DNA from: Candidatus Lindowbacteria bacterium RIFCSPLOWO2_12_FULL_62_27
Lineage (GTDB): Bacteria > Lindowbacteria > 2-12-FULL-62-27
Assembly (NCBI GenBank): GCA_001784175.1
Contig: MFPR01000019.1
Location: 51,994-71,993 of the forward strand
Length of the DNA stretch: 20,000 nucleotides
Direction: 5' to 3'
Translations under genes and position numbers: made by a program
The notes under the pieces: model-generated
What the model was told of the DNA's origin: nothing
What the model saw: only the letters and a program-made list of their open reading frames with translations
Databases searched by the model: none
In this document: positions 12,501 to 18,349 of the stretch, one piece after another
Position numbering within the stretch: the stretch's first letter is position 1
Layout of the letters: every line of letters starts with the position of its first letter

Positions 12501-15500
12501 GGCGCCGAATCGGTGACGTTGGCGGGCGCGATGGACGCGAACAAAACGTACTACTGGCAGGTCCGCGCGCGGGACAATCACGGACAGTACGGCCAGTGGA
12601 GCGACACGTACGAATTCACGACGCGGGCGTATCCGGACACGCCCATGATTATTTCCGCGGCGTTGGGCGGCACGTTCGAAAACACGACGACCGTCCGGGT
12701 GATCTGGCAGTACCGCTCGACCGTGTTCACGGCGGACACGCAGTCCGGCTATGAGGTCCAGATCGACACCGGCCCGAATCCCGACTGGTCGAACCTCGCC
12801 GACAGCAAGAGCGGGATGGGCACGCTGACGGAGACGCGGACGGCGGCGCTGGCGCAGGGCCATCGGTATCACGTCCGGGTGAGGACCGTGAACGACAGCG
12901 GCTACAGCCCGTACAGCGAGGCCGACAGTTGGTTCTGGGTCCCGCGCCGGATCATGGACGGCCAGACGGGCGACTGGATCGGGACAGCGGGCACGGACAC
13001 GGACGCGGGGAGCGTCTCGGCGGGCGAGTTCATCTGGATGGACCGTGTGGACGACCGGCGGACGGACCCGGGGACGCCGGACGATTTTGACCTGACTGAG
13101 TTTCGTGTGACGTCGGATTCGTACTTCTACTTCTTCCTGTTCCGCATGGGCAGCATGTCGCTGAGCGGGGAGCCGCTGTTTTCGATCGCGATCGATTCGG
13201 ACCGCAAGTCGGGCGACACGGATCTCAACTGGATTGGCGACCAGTCGGCCGGCGGGGCCAGCATGGGACTGGGCTGGGGCGCCGATCAATACAGCGAAAT
13301 CAACATCGACTATACGGCGGCGGGATCGGACTCGCCGATCTACATCTACACCGACACGGGTGGCACATGGGTCAATGAGAACAAGTGGGCCTACGAGTAC
13401 CTGCGTACCACGACCCAGGCGGGCGAGCTGGCGATTCCCAAGATGTCCATCAAACCGCTGGCCGGCAGCGACACGCTGAGGATCACGGTGGGCATCGCCG
13501 GCAATAACGCCGGCGACCCCAACAGTGTCAACCGGACGGACGACTGGCCGACGACGGACTATCTGGACAACATCTTTCCAGGAAGCGGCAACAGCGCTTG
13601 GACGGACGATCTGTCAGACGCCGACATTGATTTCTTCCTGGACATCTTCTTCGTAGACACCGGCGATGTGCGGTCGAACAACGCCCCGAGCGGCGGCCTT
13701 GCGGCGGTGGCCCCGGCCGACCTCGGCAACACCTATACGACGCGCCCGCTTCTTCAGTGGACGCGCGCGACGGACGCCGACGCGGAGGACACAGTCACCT
13801 ACTGGGTGCGGCTGGACGACGACAGCAGTTTCGGCTCGGAGAATTTCGAGATTCTGCTTTTGAGAGGCACCGACACATGTCTGGCCTCGGGCCTGACCGA
13901 CAGCAAGACCTATTACTGGCAGGTGCGCGCGCGGGACAACCACGGCCAGTACAGCGCGTGGAGCGACACGTTCGAGTTTCTGTACCGCCGGCCCGGCTAC
14001 AACGCGGACGGCGACACGAGCGAGTGGACCGGAACGCGCCCGACGACGGACAACGACACGGTCGTTTCCAACAACGAGTTCATTTATCGCGGCGCGGCAA
14101 ATGTCCGGACCGACCCGAACGACTGGCCGGACTCGAATTATGACATCACGGAAGTCCGCTTCACCGGCGACACGAACAACTTGTACGTCATGGTGGCGAT
14201 GGTGGACATCACCGACACGATGGCGCCGCATGTGGCCTTCAACATCGACAAGGACCAGTCCAGCTCCGACGCCAACCTGATCTGGCTCGGCCCGGACGAC
14301 AACGGCGCGATCGACAGCGCGCCCCACTACGGCGAGACGAATGTTTCCCTCCACGGCAACACGAACGACGGCGGCGAGCCGCGGATCGAAATGTTCGCGG
14401 AGGACTGGACAAGCTGGCACTCGCCCTCCGCCGGCTCGGCCGATTCGGTGGTGATGAGCACGACGAACAACGTCGTCGAAGCGGCGTTTCGCTGGCCGGA
14501 CCTGATCGGTGGCGGCGCTTCCCTGCCGATGAGGCTTCGCATCACCCTCGCGTCCTACAGCAACGTCAAGAACATGAACAGCTCGGGCAACGCGACCACC
14601 GACATCGGCGGCAGCATCGACGCCACCGACGTCTTGATGCCGGACCACCCGAACAACAACAACTGGACCGGCGAGCTGGACGACGCGGACTACGACACGT
14701 TCGTCACCATCGACTTCAACAAATACGGCCGCATCAACCTGTTCCCGGACGCGCCGACCCCCGACACGCCGACGGGCGGCGCGGGCTACGCGTCCTCGAA
14801 CAACGCCGTGACGCTGCAATGGATTGTGAACGACGCCGACAGTGTCTACGGCAGGGACTCGTCCGTTCACGTGGAGGTCTACCGGTCGGCGCTGGACACG
14901 CGGGTGGTGGACCGGCGGCTGAACGGCGACTCGTACAATTTCACGTACACGTTCCAGAAGGGCGGGACATATTTCTGGCGAGTCCGGTACGCGGACGATT
15001 TCGGCACGTCGGCGTTTTCGGCGTTTCAAAAGTTACAGATTCTGGACACGTCCACGGTGGTCGTGGACGGGGACAGCACGGACTGGCGCGGGACGCCGTC
15101 GACGACGTCGCACGACACCGTCATTTCCGACGGCGTTTTCATCTATACCGGCGTGGCCGACGACGAGCGCACCGACGCAACCGATCCGGACAAGAATTAC
15201 GATCTGACGCAGGTGCGATTCACGGGCGACACCTACCAGCTCTACGGCCTCTTCGTCCTGCAGGACATCTCGGACACGCGGGAGCCGCACCTGGCGTTCA
15301 ATGTTGACAAGGACCAGACGGCCGCCTCGGGCCTGACGTGGCTGGCGCCGGACGACGACGGCAGCCTGACGAACAGCAGCGCGCGCGGCGAGACGAACGT
15401 GTCGTTGCACGCGGCGGCGGGCGCGTTTCAGATCGAGCTGTTCGACGTGGGCGGAAGCTGGCACAACCCGCCGGCGAACAATTCATTCCGGGACTCGGTC

Positions 15501-17078
15501 GCGATCGATTCGACGACGAACGTGGTGGAGGTGTCGATGGCGTGGACGGACATGAGCGTCACGCTGCCGGCGAAACTGCGGTTCAGCGTTGCGGCGCTGG
15601 CGAACGTGGCCGGCAACGCGAACAGCAGCAACAACGCGACGGAAGGCATTTTCGAGATTGATGCGCTGGACGACATGCGGCCGTTCACCGGCTTGACCGG
15701 GAGCCCCGCCTCTTGGGACTGGGACCTGGAGAATGAAAACTACGACAGTTTCGTCACGCTGGGATTCAACAAAAACGGCCGCGTCAACCATCGGCCGTCG
15801 CCGCCAACCGTGTCGGCCCCGGCGGCCAACACGATTTTCACGCCGGCCCAGCGCTTCGTGGCGTTTCAGTTCACGCTGAGCGACGCCGACAGTTGGTCGG
15901 CGAAAGACTCGGCGGTGCGGCTGAAAGTGATCAACCGGAGCAACTCAACCGTCGTCGATTCGTCCTTCTACGGCCTGACCGACTCGGTCACGATCGGATT
16001 CGCCACCAATGACACGTACCACTGGCAGGTCCGGCATGCGGACGATTTCGAAACTTCGTCCTACACGGACAGCATCACCTTCGGCGTCCTCAACACGCGA
16101 CCCTACGACACGATCCTGGTCCCGCCGGACGGCGACACCGTCGGCGGCCAGGTCACGATCCAGTTCCTCGCGATCGACGCCGACAGCGACCGCTGCACGG
16201 CGGCGATCGAGTACAGCCCGGACACCGGCGTGACGTGGTATCCGGCGACGCTGACGGGCACGTCGGTCATCAACAATCTGTACACGCCGTCGGAGGGGGA
16301 CACCAAGACCGTGGTGTGGCTGTCGAAGACGGACCAGCCGGACACGCAGTACACGTATCTGAGGATCCGCGTCATTTTGTGGGACGGCACCGACACCGGC
16401 AAGGCGGACACGACGCTCAATGTCGGGCTCGACAACGTGAAGCCGGCCGGCGTCGACACGCTCACCGCGGCCGCCGACGTCGACGGGTCGGACACCGGTG
16501 TCTATCTCCTGTGGAGCACGTCTCCCTCCGCGGATTCCAAGGGCTACAATCTCTACCGAAGCAGCACGACGGACAGCCGTCCATCAACGAAAGTCAACGT
16601 CGGCGTGATCACCGACACGTTCGGATTCAAGGATTCCTCCGCCGTCCAGGGCGACACTCAGCACTACTACGTCACGACCGTCGACAGCGTCGGCAACGAA
16701 AGCGACAGCTCGGAACTCGAAGCGGCCCCGAACCTCGAAGTCGTCAAGAGCGTTTCGACCGATTCGAGCAATCCCACCGGCCGGCCGCGTCCCGGCGACA
16801 CCGTCGTGTTCACGATCACGGTCCGCAACAACGGCTACGCGCCGGCCGAAGGCGTTGTCCTCTACGATTACGTTCCATCCAATACCGCCTTTACCGATTC
16901 CTCGACGGCGACCAGCGTCCAGAGCAGTTGGACGATCCACTACCGCGTGGGCGAGGACGTCTGGCAGACGCCCATGACCGACACCGCCACGATGGTGCGG
17001 TTCACGCGGAGCAACCGGTTCGATCCGAGCAAGGCGACGCCGTCGGACACGGTGACGTTGAAGGTGAAAATTAAATGA
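567..17078 (+). CDS. Giant (~5,503 aa) secreted multidomain surface protein / putative adhesin: LTD, Fn3-like, DOMON/CBM9-like and Ig-like repeats, C-terminal DUF11-type domain
   Basis: Uninterrupted 16.5-kb ORF (track 516..17078). The ATG at 567 gives a Sec-type signal peptide (MLTPRPILSRFLVSGFAILSLALLAPQPAIG). Motifs seen: VINEIMWGG..GEYIELRN (LTD); YYWRVRAIDDLGN (Fn3-like); VDGD..DW...NYDIT.VRF.GD (DOMON-like); LEVVKSV...PGDTVVFTITVRNNG...VVLYDYVP (DUF11). Confidence 0.93.
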   Translation: MLTPRPILSRFLVSGFAILSLALLAPQPAIGKMMSDSIVIFEVSVGAGAVADEYMTLYNPTPDSKGLTAYRMTRATATMATMSVITSRIDSTVADTIGPFGFYRLVSVGANAVLRGTADSVSSTATLAADNQIMLGQATSNTNYTDSRDRLGWGAVTTRKFTETQAVTDTTPGNPPAGKALYRFPGKIAGGMIDRQRNGFDFDTALVTDTFNTGTRHRRVVFSCTTPTKAVRVGLAFNLYCTATVVYGDTYWIQDTNVVASYSGDSAWADLTGWGKDTLVVDSSGDTADTTGIFRNGLCTMTLRFTPFARIADTVRIVASDAYCTGFIILRVFDSPTADLPAIGHETNVIDFLVRWTMSDSSGFDSYEIEVSKSVGFSSIAFADTIDITQTSDTITGLYNDTYYWRVRFIDNFGVRGNWSETRSFVTDTLIGAPTASYPADAHETTSSSVVVGWTQVSSDSVGIDSYAVEASTNAGFTAMVLTDTVDGTRDNDTVTAATEATYSWRVRAIDDLGNGGSYSTTRTFVRTSASASPTPSVKVDGDSSDWVGTRSSTVHDTVISLGEWIYSGDPNDVRGEGTDPDENYDITEARLSGDTLHLFMLVVMEGISSNTLPFVGLSVDVDQVSYGMDWALADDGMANGYPSSDRYSETNVSFHRVSGSDTIEMFEASGSWGGNWWHSPVATPRAADSISISTTNEVVEAALRWEDLSVTLPKRLKFVLASAENDGTSCDNDGTVDRADADILDVVTPYYSGSASSWTRDIIDDEYDYSFVVNFNKNGKVNHPPDTPTLSSPADGTIYTSATTVTMSWTLNDATADVSKDSMVHIQIGTNSDSNDVLDTKIHGADLDLDFRFWMEDTYYWRIRHADDFNTSPWTKSRQFGIQLSATTGFAVDGDTSEWTGTPSSTAHDTAISNGEFIYTGVAYDMRTDPDIWTDSNYDITQVRFSGDTNHLYLMVAISVLSDRRAPHIAFNVDLDQLSGDGSLDWIGPDDGATLAGTTQYGETNVSLHVAGRGTSYDSATYPEIEMFAQDWTSWHSPSAGSYDSVAISNANNVIEAGFRWPDIIGGGGTLPKKIRIALASYSNNTSWNSNSAATHDVTGSADAMDNIRPYAGTTCAACPASWDWDLVDADYDTSVTIEFNRTGRVNHIPGQPSVYSPANGSSFSEADNLITLQWSINDADSWTALDSAVFVQVTNRRGILILDTELVGPDADLVYRFPAGDSFYWRVRHSDDFETSPWSDSGYFSVSDTIDIKTPVDATGGTQETTNATVTLTGYAGSSDTTSDTVQVTVNGAETTVMFLSSAGVWSCSATLADRAGESVIIRLFNNGVQTANDTINLFYDATKPRITKISDSSLRDASSASVSDTVFFYIFDTGVGFGGDGGCTLYWHIDSGANTNWSVATESSSSPSGTTTIEAMIPVSTFNPLVDTQVGFWWICRDDLGNLMDSTSLSPSYLDVRPGTFTVEVVGVRDIVINEIMWGGSGGEYIELRNMTGVAIRLTNWVLKDLASDPTSMFAFQSADSIPAYGFFLALDSGAIDDTSSHATRFPRTNSALTLTNTGDSISLVSDGGLDIDSAWFNGGWPAGSATGDGTSMERKPSPGYGNASSDWDDCTTTLYPGTGGRTTGTPGHRNTNVDSVTFSVVSSGGTYETNATGITLTGFCSLQSGDSVWIFISNTAAESTVLTSGGVWSVSGIDLSGTKRGESIAIYTFDDSVYARSDTITIVYDAVVSQVSLSAPATGHETTSISVVLSWSAVSDTVDIDSYALEVSKNTDFTNMVFTDTLDGTRTNDTSTGLYNDTYYWRVRAIDDLGNGGPYSDTRGFVTDTIVGAPTLSQPSDGHETTSISVVVSWSLSDSVGIDSFAVEASKNTAFTNIAFTDTIDGSRTNDTVTGLYNDTYYWRVRAIDDLGNRGPYSDTRGFVTDTLVGTPAASYPAEAHETTVTSVVVGWSAVSSDSVGIDSYAVEVSRNGAFTEMALTDTIDGTRTNDTVSASTPATYSWRVRAIDDLGNSGAYSSTATFVRTVTQSITIDGDSNDWPGTPSTTAHDTVISSGVFIYTGVAGDERTEVNDWSDLNYDITQVRFFGDTNFFYVLVVMQDITDSRGPYVGLGIDKDSATSDGDLNWIADEDGLTVAGANHDPESSVRLSVAGRSNGSAPEIEITDEAAGLGSWQAPTNSGGHAATAYESVAISVSNNVIEAALQWKDLSVTLPARLNLTLAAYSNTTPADWANNNDATADNGAIDGADVMTPYCTNGDNAWGRDLSDADFDSFVTVGFNKTGQVNYRPFVPTQDTPGNLYVFTESNNSITLQWQISDADSNVAKDSMAQIQVTTGTGRTVLDTKIQGWDPDLVYRFLSGDSYYWRVRYADDFETTTWTDSLVFRVSDTIDIKTPVDATGGTHETTTQVVVLTGYAGSGDTTTDTVQVTVNGAETTVMFLSSAGVWSCSATLRDLAGESVIVRLFNNGIQTANDTINLFYDATPPRITRIGDTSVRNDSTVRGSSDTIFFYVFDTGVGFGSAGGCTLYWHADTGTNINWVVASESSSSPSGTTTIEAMIPAATWSPSVDTDIGFWWVCRDDLGNTMDSTSLSPSYIESRPGTYTVDVLTVGDVVINEIMWGGRSGSGEYIELRNASSLAVSLTNWVLRDKGGGSSGFSITFQSADSIPAGGFFLVMDSGAIDDTSSHYVRFPPKTGGIALTDGGDSIELLTDVGAEMDSAVFTSGWPAGSATGDGKSMDRTPTPGYGNTSTNWENGWDSAADGGRANGSPGHRNPNASPYVTVSPDSTPAATGGRGVWTFTFTNGQTAFTSGRLVMQIDTGGSTDQTNNWTQPQTSTSSSPGYVTTSVSNGTLGTVTTSGDSVIIDVTSLTATTGQITITYGSVTANTGGAAKVRTTTGRAYFRFYYDEDSTVTAPVRDTAEVTIPIVSLSGGSFADTDPASNPQSFIGSEYAVTIKVKDSNNNAVHAAHVWATLPADGADSQLSEYSSFGGAYDTTGNGVTRIGGYTNGSGNFQFNLKVSATVGLNQVKIDDTDVSSLGPTTYSDSARLPSLVISEIMWAGGGEYIELYNPTHETQSLNNFGIWTQAATDDANRIQSVDTATMGKVGYLNPFSYALIAGAADLAQDSGFSPVNTGPIDVPTLADAGESFWLVNAQGGTLDRIYKTTTGFFAGSSNPAGDTSMERVNPSRGGGISSSWDASDSVLNTSDGGGGGGSPGRPNAKSLYSTEVDRLDSFIGRANGSTMDTARVTLILKIANGDTQPNQEIGLSAVVSLGPQNQDSTWYLSYPSTTNSAGTAAITVSANGNNTSGTVHIRLRQPYGATDSAFIVFDRGDSMAYVFTSSETNVWDTSATNAMLVYVAFYDSFSGIDTAIMPKLQWKIGAAGTFSTMTNMTNVSGETHLARIDISTDTWSKIAHDSIYWRVTWRDKAGNYDTSPDNNAATAEYIDNTKARDTLTYPTTTDTLSGTSANVKFKLVDAANDACTVILKYDSYSNGNWQTITMNSGYNQLSSIRSTPDGLLYDTLQWNTITDLPETRVYSIRLRIEVFDGYDTYTETSSTFTVDNLPPDTAQIVIPVAMGNLENTTTVQIRWRFTSSVADDTQGSWLMEIDTGPNPDWAQLADSQSRGNSRNETYTAPLAGGQRYHVRIRTWGKYGVAGPYSSDTWFWVPRRVMDGQMNDWQQDTSGADTDAGFVAGGEFIWMDRIGDRRNDAAVDDDYDLHEFRVISDSYFYYFLFRNVSMTTTSILYSISIDSDRSGADTDLNWFGDESNGGGSTSMGRGGEQYGEFNFDYALAGADSPIWFYTDTTGTWRKENYYSREYMSGTNKIAEMAIPKMALRPRMVGDTMRLTIATAENNSGDPNLVDRTVDYSPDHLDDIYPGFAGGSAWDDLSDGDIDFYVDIFFRDTGDVRSNASPTGSMAALAPADNSETYVQGVAFRWAPAADADAADTVTYWFRFDDDSGFGGIVDSQAVLVRGAESVTLAGAMDANKTYYWQVRARDNHGQYGQWSDTYEFTTRAYPDTPMIISAALGGTFENTTTVRVIWQYRSTVFTADTQSGYEVQIDTGPNPDWSNLADSKSGMGTLTETRTAALAQGHRYHVRVRTVNDSGYSPYSEADSWFWVPRRIMDGQTGDWIGTAGTDTDAGSVSAGEFIWMDRVDDRRTDPGTPDDFDLTEFRVTSDSYFYFFLFRMGSMSLSGEPLFSIAIDSDRKSGDTDLNWIGDQSAGGASMGLGWGADQYSEINIDYTAAGSDSPIYIYTDTGGTWVNENKWAYEYLRTTTQAGELAIPKMSIKPLAGSDTLRITVGIAGNNAGDPNSVNRTDDWPTTDYLDNIFPGSGNSAWTDDLSDADIDFFLDIFFVDTGDVRSNNAPSGGLAAVAPADLGNTYTTRPLLQWTRATDADAEDTVTYWVRLDDDSSFGSENFEILLLRGTDTCLASGLTDSKTYYWQVRARDNHGQYSAWSDTFEFLYRRPGYNADGDTSEWTGTRPTTDNDTVVSNNEFIYRGAANVRTDPNDWPDSNYDITEVRFTGDTNNLYVMVAMVDITDTMAPHVAFNIDKDQSSSDANLIWLGPDDNGAIDSAPHYGETNVSLHGNTNDGGEPRIEMFAEDWTSWHSPSAGSADSVVMSTTNNVVEAAFRWPDLIGGGASLPMRLRITLASYSNVKNMNSSGNATTDIGGSIDATDVLMPDHPNNNNWTGELDDADYDTFVTIDFNKYGRINLFPDAPTPDTPTGGAGYASSNNAVTLQWIVNDADSVYGRDSSVHVEVYRSALDTRVVDRRLNGDSYNFTYTFQKGGTYFWRVRYADDFGTSAFSAFQKLQILDTSTVVVDGDSTDWRGTPSTTSHDTVISDGVFIYTGVADDERTDATDPDKNYDLTQVRFTGDTYQLYGLFVLQDISDTREPHLAFNVDKDQTAASGLTWLAPDDDGSLTNSSARGETNVSLHAAAGAFQIELFDVGGSWHNPPANNSFRDSVAIDSTTNVVEVSMAWTDMSVTLPAKLRFSVAALANVAGNANSSNNATEGIFEIDALDDMRPFTGLTGSPASWDWDLENENYDSFVTLGFNKNGRVNHRPSPPTVSAPAANTIFTPAQRFVAFQFTLSDADSWSAKDSAVRLKVINRSNSTVVDSSFYGLTDSVTIGFATNDTYHWQVRHADDFETSSYTDSITFGVLNTRPYDTILVPPDGDTVGGQVTIQFLAIDADSDRCTAAIEYSPDTGVTWYPATLTGTSVINNLYTPSEGDTKTVVWLSKTDQPDTQYTYLRIRVILWDGTDTGKADTTLNVGLDNVKPAGVDTLTAAADVDGSDTGVYLLWSTSPSADSKGYNLYRSSTTDSRPSTKVNVGVITDTFGFKDSSAVQGDTQHYYVTTVDSVGNESDSSELEAAPNLEVVKSVSTDSSNPTGRPRPGDTVVFTITVRNNGYAPAEGVVLYDYVPSNTAFTDSSTATSVQSSWTIHYRVGEDVWQTPMTDTATMVRFTRSNRFDPSKATPSDTVTLKVKIK
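672..1210 (+). other. N-terminal divergent lamin-tail (LTD)-like domain of the giant protein
   Basis: IVIFEV...ADEYMTLYNPT...DRLGWG...PPAGKALYRFP...N.FDF fits the LTD pattern (IVINEV...DEFVELYNP...D.VGWG...G.SL.R). Boundaries approximate. Confidence 0.6.
4310..8895 (+). repeat. Internal duplication ~4310-5475 vs ~7725-8895 (Ig-Ig-LTD), offset ~3414 bp
   Basis: Near-identical DNA, e.g. gtgcaggtcacggtgaacgg.gccgagacgaccgt.atgttt.tatcgagcgccggcgtgtggtcctgttcggcgacg at ~4428 and ~7842. The peptide SDTIDIKTPVDATGGT.ETT is present twice. Confidence 0.9.
4983..10230 (+). other. Three internal LTD domains (~4983-5475, ~8400-8895, ~9720-10230)
   Basis: Each has [IVL]VI[NS]EIMW.G...GEYIEL.N near its start, then L.[ND].G[DE]S..L, SM[ED]R, and [TS]PG..N at its end. 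Confidence 0.8.
5770..6650 (+). repeat. Three tandem ~295-bp Fn3-like repeats, homologous to the pair at ~1590-2150
   Basis: HETT...DS[YF]A.E.S.N..FT....TDT.DG.R.NDT...Y.WRVRAIDDLGN occurs three times. 1842-2150 matches 6336-6645 (offset 4494 bp) at DNA level. Confidence 0.9.
11270..13990 (+). repeat. Tandem duplication of a ~1.36-kb Fn3-DOMON(type B)-Fn3 unit
   Basis: ENTTTV...IDTGPNPDW..LADS...WFWVPRR.MDGQ...KTYYWQVRARDNHGQY..WSDT.EF occurs twice. tggttctgggtcccgcgccgg is at ~11565 and ~12930. Confidence 0.9.
16725..17075 (+). other. C-terminal DUF11-type domain lacking the final Asn-bearing strands
   Basis: PNLEVVK(16746)SV...RPRPGDTVVFTITVRNNG..PAEGVVLYD(16866)YVPSNTAF...SDTVTLKVKIK-stop. 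Confidence 0.75.
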
Positions 17079-17094
17079 AGAGCGCAACTGTTCA

Positions 17095-17196
17095 CCTCCT
17101 CTCCCCCCGCAGGGGGGAGAGGATTGAGGTGAGGGGGGCAGACGGCGACTGGCCACCCTCACCCCGACCCTCTCCCGCCGGGGGCGGGAGAGGGGG
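17095..17196. repeat. Pair of oppositely oriented REP-like palindromes of the CCCTCACCCC..CCCTCTCCC...GGGAGAGGG type
   Basis: Hairpin 1: TCCTCTCCCCCC-gca-GGGGGGAGAGGA (17097-17123), followed by ttGAGGTGAGGG. Hairpin 2: CCCTCACCCCga (from 17156), then CCCTCTCCCGCC-ggg-GGCGGGAGAGGG (17168-17194). Both stems are perfect 12-bp stems. Confidence 0.85.
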
Positions 17197-17236
17197 AATT
17201 CCTGAACATTCCCCGAAGAACGGAGTGAGAACGCAC

Positions 17237-18349
17237 ATGAATCGCTTGCTGGTTTACTGGTTGTTGCCGCTGATCGTTTGTCTGTGGTCCTCCCGGTCGT
17301 TCGGGTTCGTGTTCGAATCGGCCGTGGTCTCGCGGGTCGATACGAAGAGCGCGACGATCGAGTGGACGACGGACGTGAAGACAAGCGGCACGATGTACAG
17401 CGGGAAGGGTCCGGACGCGGCGTCGAAGGTCACGATCGGCCTCGACGTCGACACCTGGCACCGCACGTACCTGTTCGGTCTGGAGGAGGGCGAGGACTAT
17501 GTGTTCCGGATCACGGCGCGCGAAGCCGGCGGCCCGCCGAAGACGAGTTCGTGGTACGGATTCCGGACGCTGGGCATTCCAAAGCCGCGGATTCTGAAGG
17601 TCGAGCAGAAACAGCTCGGGAAGGACGGCGGCGTGTTCGTGTGGCATGCGAACATCCCGGTCAAGGGCGTGTTCGAGTGCGGCGAGGACACGACGTATCC
17701 GTACAAGACCGTCGAGAAGAAATTCAACATCGCGCACGAGGTGACGCTCCGGCGGTTTTATCCGCTGCGCCGGGTGTTCTACCGGATCCGCGCGGAGGAC
17801 GCGCGGGGTTTGCAGGCGCCGGCCTTCCACGGCGAGTTCACGACCGCCGAGGACAACATTGCAGTCGGCGCGAAGGTCAGCGGCACGTTCACGCGCAATC
17901 CCGAGCCGGCCTACATCGCGGACAGCCCGCCGATTTTGGCGCGTGTGACCGACGGCGGGATGAACTATTTCCACAACATGGCCTGCAGCGGCGATCCGGA
18001 CGAGGACACGCAGTGGCTGGAGGTGGATCTCGGCAAGTTCACAACGGTGGGCCAGATCCTGACCTACTGGCGGCAGCTCTGTTATCCGCAGAAATTTTCC
18101 CTGCATCTCAGCCTGAACCGCGAGAACTGGTACGACCTGGGCGACACGTTTGACGCGGCCGCGGGCAGAGTCGCGCGGAGCGCCTCCGGAGACCCACTCT
18201 ACGAGCATGTGGCCGGCGCGGGCAACCGGATCGCGCGGTATATCCGGCTGACGGTGCCGAAGGGCGCGCCGTATTACGCGCGGTTTCCGAGTTACAATTT
18301 CGTGCAGATTTTTGAATTGAAGGTTTATCCGCCGGAGCCTCTGAAATGA
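17237..18349 (+). CDS. Secreted protein (370 aa) with two Fn3-like domains and a C-terminal discoidin/F5/8 type C (CBM32-like) domain
   Basis: The track ORF 17075..18349 reads through the REP pair. The ATG at 17237 follows GGAGTGAG and gives a signal peptide (MNRLLVYWLLPLIVCLWSSRSFG). Fn3-like motifs: SATIEWTTD...H...LFGLEEG.DYVFRITA and FVWHAN...HEVTL...VFYRIRA. Discoidin motifs: NIAVGAKVS...VTDG...QWLEVDLG...ARYIRL...IFELKVY. Confidence 0.85.
   Translation: MNRLLVYWLLPLIVCLWSSRSFGFVFESAVVSRVDTKSATIEWTTDVKTSGTMYSGKGPDAASKVTIGLDVDTWHRTYLFGLEEGEDYVFRITAREAGGPPKTSSWYGFRTLGIPKPRILKVEQKQLGKDGGVFVWHANIPVKGVFECGEDTTYPYKTVEKKFNIAHEVTLRRFYPLRRVFYRIRAEDARGLQAPAFHGEFTTAEDNIAVGAKVSGTFTRNPEPAYIADSPPILARVTDGGMNYFHNMACSGDPDEDTQWLEVDLGKFTTVGQILTYWRQLCYPQKFSLHLSLNRENWYDLGDTFDAAAGRVARSASGDPLYEHVAGAGNRIARYIRLTVPKGAPYYARFPSYNFVQIFELKVYPPEPLK

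Larger units (their letters stand above)
2180..15790 (+). repeat. Seven ~240-aa DOMON/CBM9-like modules, each followed by an Fn3-like domain (type A at ~2180, 3240, 6655, 14000, 15055; type B at ~11585, 12950)
   Basis: Type A: DGD..[DE]W.GT.S...HDT.IS.G.FIYTG...D.R...NYDIT.VRF.GDT..LY...FN..G..N. Type B: MDGQ..DW...DTDAG.V..GEFIWMDR..DRR...D.DL.EFRV.SDSYFY.FLFR. The DOMON-like assignment is by motif recognition. Confidence 0.7.

Noticed and set aside
4470-15029. Long antisense ORFs (4470..6713, 7941..9857, 10620..13289, 13614..15029) and many shorter overlapping ORFs
   Set aside because: These are shadow frames of a GC-rich coding strand. The translations are Arg/Val/Gly-rich, contain no recognisable motifs and lie wholly within the giant CDS.
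17097-17123. Hairpin after the giant gene as an intrinsic terminator
   Set aside because: There is no U-tract, and it is better explained as half of a REP-like pair.
17075-17236. N-terminal extension of the Fn3/discoidin ORF (ATG overlapping the giant gene's stop)
   Set aside because: It translates the REP palindromes (PSPRPSPAGGGRG). The ATG at 17237 has an SD-like motif and gives a proper signal peptide.
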